DNA of 32,197 bases. It comes from Verrucomicrobiota bacterium (GTDB taxonomy: Bacteria > Verrucomicrobiota > Verrucomicrobiia > Methylacidiphilales > Verrucolacustridaceae). A model generated the notes under the pieces. The model had not been told where the DNA came from and searched no databases. It saw only the letters and a program-made list of their open reading frames with translations. The stretch's first letter is position 1. Each line of letters opens with the position of its first letter. The stretch covers positions 1-32,197 of the forward strand of contig JBEANM010000001.1 of the NCBI GenBank assembly GCA_041165425.1, written 5' to 3'. Both the position numbers and the translations under genes were made by a program. This document shows positions 1 to 7,291 of this stretch, piece after piece.

Positions 1-500
1 ACCACCTGCGGCGTCTCCATCCGCCAAAGACCCTCACGATCCACCAACCGGAGAATTCTCCCAGAACTGTCCGTGGCCCGCACCGTATCGGACATTTTAG
101 ATGCCGCCGCCGCCGCCCCCGTGGTCTGCGCTCCCTGGATCACCTTTTCAATCAGCGTACGGGTCGTCAAAACCCGCGCCGCATCGTGCACCACCGCCCA
201 ATCCACTGAATTCCCCAAAGCCTCCAAACCCTCCCAGACAGAATCCTGCCGTTCCTTGCCCCCCGGAATAAAACGCACTTGCGCCGCCGGCAGATCCGTT
301 GTGGCGAGCCACTTTTGGGCTAGTTCGACCACGTCTTTCCGCACTGTCACCACCACCATTCCAATCTGAGGACATTGCAGGAGGGCGCACAGTGGGTGAG
401 CGAGCACCGGCTTTCCCGCAATCTCGGTGATCGATTTATCGTGACCCAAACGCCGGCCCTGACCGGCGGCAAGGAGGATGGCTCCGACAGAGCCGCTCAC
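1..500 (-). CDS. ispD: 2-C-methyl-D-erythritol 4-phosphate cytidylyltransferase (3' end truncated by window; not in ORF track)
   Basis: Manual translation from GTG at 500: VSGSVGAILLAAGQGRRLGHDK...GGKERQDSVWEGL...VVHDAARVL...LWRMETPQV. These are the IspD motifs AAGxGxR, GGxxRQDSV, HDAAR and xTPQ. Start overlaps the mlaD stop (GTGA). Confidence 0.93.
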   Translation of the reverse strand, partial: MSGSVGAILLAAGQGRRLGHDKSITEIAGKPVLAHPLCALLQCPQIGMVVVTVRKDVVELAQKWLATTDLPAAQVRFIPGGKERQDSVWEGLEALGNSVDWAVVHDAARVLTTRTLIEKVIQGAQTTGAAAAASKMSDTVRATDSSGRILRLVDREGLWRMETPQV

Positions 501-1201
501 CGCACCGCACGGTTGGGGGAACTACTTTTCTCCGTTTTCTTGGGCTTGGCCTCGTCCGTCTTCCCCGCGTCATCACTATAAAAAAGAACTCCATGTTTCC
601 GTAAATTGGCCATCAAGGCTTTCATGTCGCTGGCCATCTTCTCGTCCTTCATCAGGGTGTAGAGGGGGCCCTTGCCTTTCTCCGCTTCCTGCACCAACCC
701 GGTAGCCGCCTTGGCAAACTCGTCCACCCTCCGGGCCGCCGAACGAATCTCCTCCAAGGCCGGACCCGCCGAAGCCAGCATCGCATTCAGCCCGGCCTCC
801 TGCTCGCCTTGCACCCGGGCGCCGGGAGCAAGAAAGGTTCCGTCCAGTTTTTCGGGAGGCACCACCCGGACAAACCGATCCCCCAACATGCCGTACTGGT
901 CGATCCGGAATCTCGAGCCGGTGGGAATTTCGATTCCCGCGTTGATTTTCAAAGTGAGTTCCACAAAATTTTGCCCTGCCTGATAAAGAGGTGTGTCCGC
1001 CACCACCCCAATCTGGGCTCCTCGCCATAAGACCTTGGAGTTTTTCAAGATATCGCGGGCATCCTGAAATTCCACCACCAACGGATAGGTCTTTTTTAAA
1101 TAGTTGCCAAATTTACCAAAGGCCATGATCAACATTCCCATCGCCGCCAGTCCGGCGAGGACAAAAAGGCCCACTTTCACTTCCAGGTTACTCTCTTTCA
1201 T
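497..1201 (-). CDS. mlaD: MlaD/MCE-family lipid transport protein
   Basis: N-terminal TM (VKVGLFVLAGL), MCE domain (V..RGAQIGVV...GMLGDRFVRVVP), helical C-terminus; adjacent to mlaE/mlaF-like genes. Confidence 0.88.
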   Translation of the reverse strand: MKESNLEVKVGLFVLAGLAAMGMLIMAFGKFGNYLKKTYPLVVEFQDARDILKNSKVLWRGAQIGVVADTPLYQAGQNFVELTLKINAGIEIPTGSRFRIDQYGMLGDRFVRVVPPEKLDGTFLAPGARVQGEQEAGLNAMLASAGPALEEIRSAARRVDEFAKAATGLVQEAEKGKGPLYTLMKDEKMASDMKALMANLRKHGVLFYSDDAGKTDEAKPKKTEKSSSPNRAVR

Positions 1202-1218
1202 TTCCTTGGTTCTCCTTC

Positions 1219-1965
1219 CTAGCCAATGACGTCCATGCCAGAAGCATGCCCGCGGACGAAGTCCCGTACCAGCGGATCTTCGCAGCGATCCACCTGCTCC
1301 GGCGTTCCTTCAAAGTAAATTTTCCCGTCATGCAGGTAGGCAATGCGATCGCCCACCATCCGCGCACTCGTCATATCGTGGGTCACCACAATCGACGCCA
1401 TCCCGAACATCTTCCCCAAGTGGAGAATCAACCGATTAATGCTATCCCCGACCACGGGATCCAGACCGGTGGTCGGTTCGTCGTAGAGCATCAGGTCGGG
1501 ACGACGGATCACCGCGCGGGCCAAGGCGACCCGTTTCTTCATCCCGCCGCTCAACTCTGCCGGCATCTTGGATTCCGTACCGGAAAGCGAAACAATCTTG
1601 AGGGACTCCGCCACCTTGTCCCGCAGCACCTTCTCGTCTTTTTCCCCCTCTTCCCGAAGCGGAAAAGCCAGATTTTCGAAAACCGAAAGAGAATCAAACA
1701 GCGCCGCCCCCTGAAACAGCATGCCAATTTTTCGGCGGTAAGGATTCCAGGCCTCTTCCCCCAGACCAGTCAGCTTCTTGCCCTCAAAAAAGACCTCTCC
1801 GCCGTCGGGCTGCAGGAGCCCCATCACATGACGGAGCATCACGCTCTTTCCGCAACCGCTGCGCCCGATCACCACCACCTTTTCCGCCGGCGCGACTTTC
1901 AGGTTAACGCCACGCAAAACCTCCTGCCCGCCCAATCGCTTCCGGATGTCTTTGAGCTCGAGCAT
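1219..1965 (-). CDS. mlaF: MlaF-type ABC transporter ATP-binding protein
   Basis: Walker A GRSGCGKS, FQGAALFDSLSV, ELSGGMKKRVALARA, YDEPTTGLDP, VTHD; typical of the MlaF/Mkl subfamily. Confidence 0.92.
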   Translation of the reverse strand: MLELKDIRKRLGGQEVLRGVNLKVAPAEKVVVIGRSGCGKSVMLRHVMGLLQPDGGEVFFEGKKLTGLGEEAWNPYRRKIGMLFQGAALFDSLSVFENLAFPLREEGEKDEKVLRDKVAESLKIVSLSGTESKMPAELSGGMKKRVALARAVIRRPDLMLYDEPTTGLDPVVGDSINRLILHLGKMFGMASIVVTHDMTSARMVGDRIAYLHDGKIYFEGTPEQVDRCEDPLVRDFVRGHASGMDVIG

Positions 1966-1972
1966 GGTAAAA

Positions 1973-2803
1973 TCAGTTGGAGTACAGCACCGCGTTCAGC
2001 AAAACCGTTAGGAAAAAGTTGCAAATCAGCAAGGCCAACGAGGCATTCACCACCGCCTCCGTCGTCGTCTTCCCCACCCCCGCCGTCCCGGGCGGACAGT
2101 TCATCCCTTTATAGCAGGAGATGGAAGCAATAATGATGGCAAAGATGAAGGATTTGATCAGGGCAATCATCACATCCTTTCGATCCGTGTACTTGATCGT
2201 ATTGTCCCAATAGTACGCCCCGTCCACGCCGAAAATCTGCACCGCCACGAAATACCCCACCCCGATCCCAGTCACCAGGGCGAGTGCCGTCAGAACCGGT
2301 GCAGAAATCACCAAGGCCAAGAAACGAGGCACCACCAGATATTCTGTGGGATAAACCCCCAGCGCCCGCAGGGCGTCCACCTGCTCGGTGATCTTCATCG
2401 AACTCAGCTCGGCCGCCATCGCGGCCCCCACCCGCCCGGCGAGCAGCAAACAGGCCAGCACGGGACCAAGTTCCCGGCACATGGCAATCGAAACAGTCGG
2501 CCCGATCGCCGACTCCATCCCAAACCGCTTAAACTGGAACCACACCTGGGCGGCAAACACCGCTCCGGTAAACGCCCCCGTGGTCAGCACCACCACCTGG
2601 GAGCGGATTCCAATAAAGTACATCTGTTCCAGCAACTGATCCCACCGGATCCGGTAGCGAAAAAGACTCCGCAAAGTGTCGGCGAGGAGAAGAAAAATGC
2701 CTCCGGCAGTCTGACAGGAACGGACGATTAAACCGCCAAAACTTTCCACCAGCGTATGGATCCCCTGCATCCTCATCGTTCTAGGGAGAGCCCCCACCGC
2801 CAT
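1973..2803 (-). CDS. mlaE: MlaE-family ABC permease (start uncertain: 2806 TTG, 2803, 2776 or 2770 ATG)
   Basis: RELGPVL...AGRVGAAMAAELSSMKITEQVDALRALGV.P..YLVVPR and GVGKTTT.AVV signatures. Confidence 0.92.
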   Translation of the reverse strand: MAVGALPRTMRMQGIHTLVESFGGLIVRSCQTAGGIFLLLADTLRSLFRYRIRWDQLLEQMYFIGIRSQVVVLTTGAFTGAVFAAQVWFQFKRFGMESAIGPTVSIAMCRELGPVLACLLLAGRVGAAMAAELSSMKITEQVDALRALGVYPTEYLVVPRFLALVISAPVLTALALVTGIGVGYFVAVQIFGVDGAYYWDNTIKYTDRKDVMIALIKSFIFAIIIASISCYKGMNCPPGTAGVGKTTTEAVVNASLALLICNFFLTVLLNAVLYSN

Positions 2804-3471
2804 CAAGCAGCCACCGAAAACCAGTTGTGTACTTCCGCAACCGTCAATTCGTCCAATCGGGCCACCTCCCGAAAAACCCCCTCTAGATGACCGCCAGGAT
2901 GAGTGGTCGTGACCCCCACAACTTTCATGCCCGCAGCTCTTCCCGCCTCCACTCCGGCTGGGGCGTCCTCAAAGACCACACACCGGCTGGGTCCGACCCC
3001 TAATTTCCGGGCAACTTCCAAAAAGACATCGGGAGCAGGCTTCCCGCGCTGCACATGTTCTGCCGTGACCGCTGTTTGGAAGAGCCCAGACATTTCCAGT
3101 TTCTCAAGACCCAGCAGGACATTTTTTTGCTCGGTGGAGGAGCCGATCCCACAAGGGATCTTACATTTCGCCAACTGCTCAAGCCAAGGTCGCACCCCGG
3201 GCAGAGGCTCGATCCCCCGCTCCTTCACCACCTCACGGTATAACTCCTCCTTTCGGCGGCTGAGCCGGTCAATTTCTCCCAAATCCTGGGACCAACCCAA
3301 CATGTCCCGCATGATCTCAATATTCCTCCGCCCAAATCCTTTTCGGAAGTGGTCTGCCGGAAGGTGTTTGCCCGTCTCCCGCGCCAGCCTTTCCCAACTT
3401 TCCTCGTGGTGCCGCGAACTGTCCAAAATTACCCCGTCCCAATCAAAGACCGCAGCCCAAGACGACTTCAT
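2803..3471 (-). CDS. HAD-superfamily phosphatase (beta-phosphoglucomutase/CbbY-like, subfamily IA)
   Basis: Motif I FDWDGVILDS, GKPAPDVF, VVFEDAPAGVEAG.AAGM. Confidence 0.88.
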   Translation of the reverse strand: MKSSWAAVFDWDGVILDSSRHHEESWERLARETGKHLPADHFRKGFGRRNIEIMRDMLGWSQDLGEIDRLSRRKEELYREVVKERGIEPLPGVRPWLEQLAKCKIPCGIGSSTEQKNVLLGLEKLEMSGLFQTAVTAEHVQRGKPAPDVFLEVARKLGVGPSRCVVFEDAPAGVEAGRAAGMKVVGVTTTHPGGHLEGVFREVARLDELTVAEVHNWFSVAA

Positions 3472-3564
3472 GAAACGGGAAACTAGTACAACCGGAGACC
3501 TTCGTCCCCTCCAAAAGCCACACCTTGCGCTTTAAAAGCCCGCTTTTTCGGCCCATTGTTTCCC

Positions 3565-4587
3565 ATGCCCGCGAAGGCCACTGACAAGCTGAACGCCGAA
3601 GCCCACCCGGGGGATACCGTCGACCAGTCCCTTCGCCCCGGTCGTCTCGCCGATTTCGCCGGCCAGCCCAAACTCCGCGAACGGCTCTTCATCCTCCTCG
3701 ATTCCGCCCGCTCCCGCTCCCAACCCCTCGACCATCTTCTTCTCAGCGGCCCGCCAGGCCTCGGCAAGACCACCCTCGCCCACATTCTCGGGGCGGAAAT
3801 GAACGCCACCGTCCGGACCACTTCCGGACCGGCGATTGAAAAAGCCGGTGACCTGGCCGGACTCCTCACCGGCTTACAGGAAGGCGATATCCTGTTTATC
3901 GACGAAATTCACCGCCTCTCCAAGGTCATCGAGGAGTACCTTTATCCCGCACTCGAGGATTTCCGGATCGATATCGTCATCGACCAAGGGCCCGCCGCCC
4001 GTTCCGTCCGCCTGAATCTCCCGCGCTTCACCCTGATCGGCGCCACCACCCGGGCCGGACTGCTCAGCGCCCCGCTCCGTTCTCGTTTCGGCGTTGCTCA
4101 CCGCCTCGACTACTACTCCGCCGAGGATCTTACCCGCATCGTCCGCCGCTCTGCCCAGCTACTGGAAACCCAACTCGAGGATGCCGCCGCCCCAGAGATC
4201 GCCCGCCGTAGCCGCGGCACCCCGCGCATCGCCAACAATCTTCTGCGCTGGGTCCGAGACTACGCTCTCGCCCGCTCCGGCGGAAAAGCCGGCCTCGATT
4301 CCGTGGTGGCCGCCCTGGAGATGCTGGAAATTGACCAGCACGGCCTCGACGAGATGGACAAGCGGCTGCTGCAGGCCCTGACCGGGAAGTTCAAGGGTGG
4401 TCCGACCGGACTTCACTCGCTCGCCGCCGCCGTGGGCGAAGAGTCCGGCACTCTCGAGGAGGTACACGAACCTTATCTCATTCTGGAAGGATACCTTCAG
4501 CGCACTCCCCAAGGCCGTACCGCTCTTCCGCGGGCCTACGAGGTTCTCGGCCTGAAGCCCCCCACCTCGCAAGGCAACCTCCTCTGA
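3565..4587 (+). CDS. ruvB: Holliday junction branch migration helicase RuvB
   Basis: [47 protein letters not shown]...G...RTPQGR. ATG at 3565 preferred over TTG at 3556. Confidence 0.97.
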   Translation: MPAKATDKLNAEAHPGDTVDQSLRPGRLADFAGQPKLRERLFILLDSARSRSQPLDHLLLSGPPGLGKTTLAHILGAEMNATVRTTSGPAIEKAGDLAGLLTGLQEGDILFIDEIHRLSKVIEEYLYPALEDFRIDIVIDQGPAARSVRLNLPRFTLIGATTRAGLLSAPLRSRFGVAHRLDYYSAEDLTRIVRRSAQLLETQLEDAAAPEIARRSRGTPRIANNLLRWVRDYALARSGGKAGLDSVVAALEMLEIDQHGLDEMDKRLLQALTGKFKGGPTGLHSLAAAVGEESGTLEEVHEPYLILEGYLQRTPQGRTALPRAYEVLGLKPPTSQGNLL

Positions 4588-4598
4588 CCTTTTTTTCT

Positions 4599-6449
4599 AT
4601 GAGGCAAACCCGGCTGTGGGCCTCTTTTTTGGCCGGGCTGCTTGCTTTGGGAAGTATCTGGGCGGAGGATTCGGAAAACTCGACTCAGAATTTATGGCCC
4701 CCCCGGGAAGGTGGGAAGCGAGCCGTGGTGGCGGCCAGCCAAGCCCTGTGGTGGAACAAAGACAATCCCGAGGCCCGCAAACTGAAGGCCCGCGCCCTCG
4801 ATTTTTCCGGCCGCTATGTGGAGGCCGAGCAGGCCGCTCTTTCCGCCTTGGAGGTCGCCCCTCGGGATCCGGAGGTGCAACGTATTCTCGGCCGCAGCCT
4901 CTTGCACCAAAACAAACTCGCCGCCGCCAAAGCCGCCTTGGAAAAAGCCGGCCAAGAGGGGGATGCTCTTTCGGGCTCGCTGGCCGCCATGCTTCGCCCC
5001 GACCGCATGAGCGTCGGTACCCCGGCTCCCCATGTCTCCCTGGCTCTCGCCCAAATTCTCGATGACCGGGAAAACTGTATTGGTTCGGGATGTTTTCTCA
5101 CCGAGGACGGCCTCGTCCTGACCGCCGCCCATGTCGTCGCCGGACGCGACCGTGTTTCCGTGCGCAACGCCCGCGGAAAGATTTTTTCCGTGAAGGAGAT
5201 TTGCCCGGGGGATTTTTCCGCGGATGCCGTTATTTTGCGCACCGAGGCGGAAGAGCAGATGTTTCTGCGTTTGGCGGACGAGGAGCCACGTTCCGGAGAT
5301 TCGCTGCAGGTATCGGGCTTTCCACTCTCCATGAATCTGCCGGTCACCTCCCGGGGCAAGGTCCGCTCCCTTCCCTCCTCACCCGGCCGGCCCATGCTCA
5401 CCACCGTTCCGATGATGCCGGGCCAATCCGGCTCCCCCGTCCTGAATGACCAAGGACGCCTCGTTGGGGTGGCCTCCCGCGGATCCTTGGCTGTCAAAGG
5501 CGGTGGCGCCCCGGCGCGGTCTGAATCTGTGCCTTTCTCCGCCCTTGTCCGGCTGCGGGAGGCTTCCCTCGAGCCCAACGCGTTCGTTCGTATCCGGGAT
5601 TTGGAAAAGTGGACCGGCCGGAGTCCGCTCTTTGACCCCGCCGTGGCCACAGCGGAACAGACCGTCCTCAATCAGGATTTTGCCCAGACGGAAAAGGCCA
5701 TCTCCGCCGCGATCGAACGCCACCCCAACGATCCGGGCCTGCTTCTCCGCCGGGCTATGGTTCGCATCGCCTGGGGCCATCCCTCGGAAGCGGAGGCGGA
5801 TGCCCGGCTGGCTGCCGCCTACGGCCCCCGCGACCCCGAACCCCGCCGCTTTCTCTGCTCCCTGATGCTTTCCATGGGGCGCAAGGATGAAGCCATCCAA
5901 GCCTTGGAGGAGGCCTTTCGTCTCGACCCGGAAGACGGCGATACGGCGGAAGGCCTCGGGGAGCTTTTTATTTCCACGGGAAAATTCAAGGAGGCGATCC
6001 GCCCGGCCGAGCAGGCCGCCAAGCTAAATCCCGACTCGGTGCGCGCCTGGTCGGTGCTGGCGGCCGCACGCCTCGCCACCGGCCAAGTTGAAAAAGCTCG
6101 GGAGGCGGCCGAGCAGGCCACCGCTAAAGGCCCCGAAGATCCCCGCGCCTGGGTGCAGTTGGCTGCCTGTGCCAACGCCGGGAAGGATTTCGCCACCGCC
6201 GCGGTCGCGGCGGAAAAGGCCACTCGTCTTTCGCCGTCGGATGCACGGGCCTGGCTCAACCTCGCCACCGCCAAAACCGGCGCCAATCAGTTCGAGCAAG
6301 CCGTGCCATTTGCCGAGCGGGCCACCCAGCTGGAGCCCCATAACCGCGCCGGCTGGAACCTTCTCGCCGCTCTCTATGCGGAGTTAAAACGACCCGATGA
6401 GGCCGCCGCCGCCCTGGAAAAAGCCAGACAACCTCCCGTTGCCCGTTGA
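4599..6449 (+). CDS. Secreted TPR-repeat protein with central trypsin-like (S1) serine protease domain
   Basis: Signal peptide; triad motifs LTAAHVV, ADAVIL, GQSGSPV; multiple TPR-like repeats (A..L.P....AW..LA). Confidence 0.85.
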   Translation: MRQTRLWASFLAGLLALGSIWAEDSENSTQNLWPPREGGKRAVVAASQALWWNKDNPEARKLKARALDFSGRYVEAEQAALSALEVAPRDPEVQRILGRSLLHQNKLAAAKAALEKAGQEGDALSGSLAAMLRPDRMSVGTPAPHVSLALAQILDDRENCIGSGCFLTEDGLVLTAAHVVAGRDRVSVRNARGKIFSVKEICPGDFSADAVILRTEAEEQMFLRLADEEPRSGDSLQVSGFPLSMNLPVTSRGKVRSLPSSPGRPMLTTVPMMPGQSGSPVLNDQGRLVGVASRGSLAVKGGGAPARSESVPFSALVRLREASLEPNAFVRIRDLEKWTGRSPLFDPAVATAEQTVLNQDFAQTEKAISAAIERHPNDPGLLLRRAMVRIAWGHPSEAEADARLAAAYGPRDPEPRRFLCSLMLSMGRKDEAIQALEEAFRLDPEDGDTAEGLGELFISTGKFKEAIRPAEQAAKLNPDSVRAWSVLAAARLATGQVEKAREAAEQATAKGPEDPRAWVQLAACANAGKDFATAAVAAEKATRLSPSDARAWLNLATAKTGANQFEQAVPFAERATQLEPHNRAGWNLLAALYAELKRPDEAAAALEKARQPPVAR

Positions 6450-6473
6450 CGGGGCCGTTCCCCACGCAATAAT
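6446..6473 (+). promoter_or_regulatory. Possible sigma70 promoter for the small Cys-rich ORF (leaderless arrangement)
   Basis: TTGACG (6446-6451), 16 bp spacer, AATAAT (6468-6473), GTG start 7 nt downstream. Confidence 0.4.
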
Positions 6474-6480
6474 AACTCAC

Positions 6481-6684
6481 GTGAAGAGAATCTTCTGTGT
6501 CGTTCTCCTAACCTGCGCCACCTGGATCCAGGCCGGTTCCTGCCCCGAGGCCTGCACGGATGTCTGCGGGACGAACAAGTCTTGCTGCCCCTCTAAAGGA
6601 AAAAGCTGTGGCTCCGTTCAGTTGGAGCGCGGTGGTCAGCCGGCCTCCGCGTATGCTTCCAAGGGTGGGTTGCGCCTCCATTAG
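6481..6684 (+). CDS. Small secreted Cys-rich hypothetical protein (67 aa)
   Basis: MKRIFCVVLLTCATWIQA signal-like N-terminus followed by C-x3-C-x3-C-x5-CC-x6-C; fills an otherwise empty gap and has a promoter-like element upstream. Confidence 0.5.
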   Translation: MKRIFCVVLLTCATWIQAGSCPEACTDVCGTNKSCCPSKGKSCGSVQLERGGQPASAYASKGGLRLH

Positions 6685-6754
6685 ATGATGGATGGAGATT
6701 CGCCGCTTCCTTTGGCCCTCCCCTCCTCCTCCGTGTCATAAATTCCCGCTACCC

Positions 6755-6782
6755 TTGACGGGATCGGCGGATTTCTTAGGAT
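6755..6782 (+). promoter_or_regulatory. Sigma70-type promoter driving the riboswitch leader
   Basis: TTGACG (6755-6760), 16 bp spacer, TAGGAT (6777-6782); predicted TSS near 6789, immediately before aptamer P1. Confidence 0.6.
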
Positions 6783-6789
6783 AACAAAA

Positions 6790-6920
6790 CGCATTCCGAG
6801 ATCTCCGGTCGCAAGACCGGAGGCCGCCAACCGGGGGTGGAGATCCCACGGTGGCTGGCGGAGAGCCCTCAGCTCCCTGCCGATGTGCGATCCCCTCTGG
6901 GATCGAACAAACTTCTCCGC
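6790..6920 (+). ncRNA. SAM-I/IV-type (SAM-I superfamily) riboswitch aptamer
   Basis: P1 CGCAUU(6790-95)/GAUGUG(6882-87); J1/2 CCGAG; P2 CUCCGGUC-GCAA-GACCGGAG; P3 GCC-AA-CCG/CGG-U-GGC with the AA/U SAM-binding internal loop; P4 6857-6881; P5 CGAUCCC-CUCU-GGGAUCG; pseudoknot L3 GUGGAGA(6837-43)/UCUCCGC(6914-20). Confidence 0.88.
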
Positions 6921-6926
6921 GAGGCC

Positions 6927-6960
6927 ACCGCCCGCACAGGAATGTGTTGGCGGTATTTTT
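6927..6960 (+). terminator. Intrinsic terminator (riboswitch expression platform)
   Basis: Stem ACCGCC-c-GCACA / TGTGT-t-GGCGGT with GGAA tetraloop, followed by ATTTTT. Confidence 0.8.
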
Positions 6961-7003
6961 GTGCCTCGCTTCGGGATGCGTCACCGAAAGGAGACGCATC
7001 AAC

Positions 7004-7246
7004 ATGAGCACCGCAACCCTACAGGTCCCTTGGGCCTCCCTGAGCATCAAGATCGATCCGGAGAATCCGGATCACCACCTCTGGAACAACCACGGCACCT
7101 GGTGGATCCATTACACGGTCCACCAGTCCGACTACACGAAACGCCGGATCCGGGTTTCCCTAGAGACCCGCAACCTGCGCGAGGCCCGGCAACGGCGCGA
7201 CTCCCTTTTTGCCCATTTGGAGGCCGAGGGAATCGAAGCGACCTGA
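7004..7246 (+). CDS. 80-aa hypothetical protein under SAM-riboswitch control; resembles a stand-alone arm-type (integrase N-terminal-like) DNA-binding domain
   Basis: SD AGGAG at 6989-6993 and ATG at 7004. Sequence NPDHHLWNNHGTWWIHYTVH...TKRRIRVSLETRNLREARQRRD. The upstream 51 codons of the track ORF (6851-7003) are riboswitch RNA. Confidence 0.8.
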   Translation: MSTATLQVPWASLSIKIDPENPDHHLWNNHGTWWIHYTVHQSDYTKRRIRVSLETRNLREARQRRDSLFAHLEAEGIEAT

Positions 7247-7255
7247 AATGGTGGA

Positions 7256-7281
7256 CGGCGGTTGGTTCAATCCCTCCGCCG
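7256..7281. terminator. Hairpin between convergent genes (possible terminator)
   Basis: CGGCGG (7256-61) / CCGCCG (7276-81) stem in a 45-bp gap; no good U-tract. Confidence 0.35.
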
Positions 7282-7291
7282 CTCCCTTAGC

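Noticed and set aside
6660-6758. Alternative frame ending ...FGPPLLLRVINSRYP suggesting a frameshifted longer Cys-rich protein or arrest peptide
   Set aside because: No slippery site or RAPP/RGPP motif; unsupported without homologs.
6857-6925. GGAGAG ... CTC motif suggesting a glycine riboswitch
   Set aside because: Lacks the CCGAAG and CUCUCAGG cores; SAM-I/IV architecture accounts for all helices.
6851-7003. N-terminal extension of track ORF 6851..7246 and overlapping ORFs 6736..7050 and 6883..7290
   Set aside because: Region is fully explained by riboswitch, terminator and SD; true start is ATG 7004.
7256-7288. GGTTCAATCCC resembles a tRNA T-loop or att-site remnant next to an integrase-arm-like gene
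   Set aside because: T-stem does not pair (GTTGG vs CCTCC), no CCA, no D or anticodon arm, and no integrase catalytic domain nearby.
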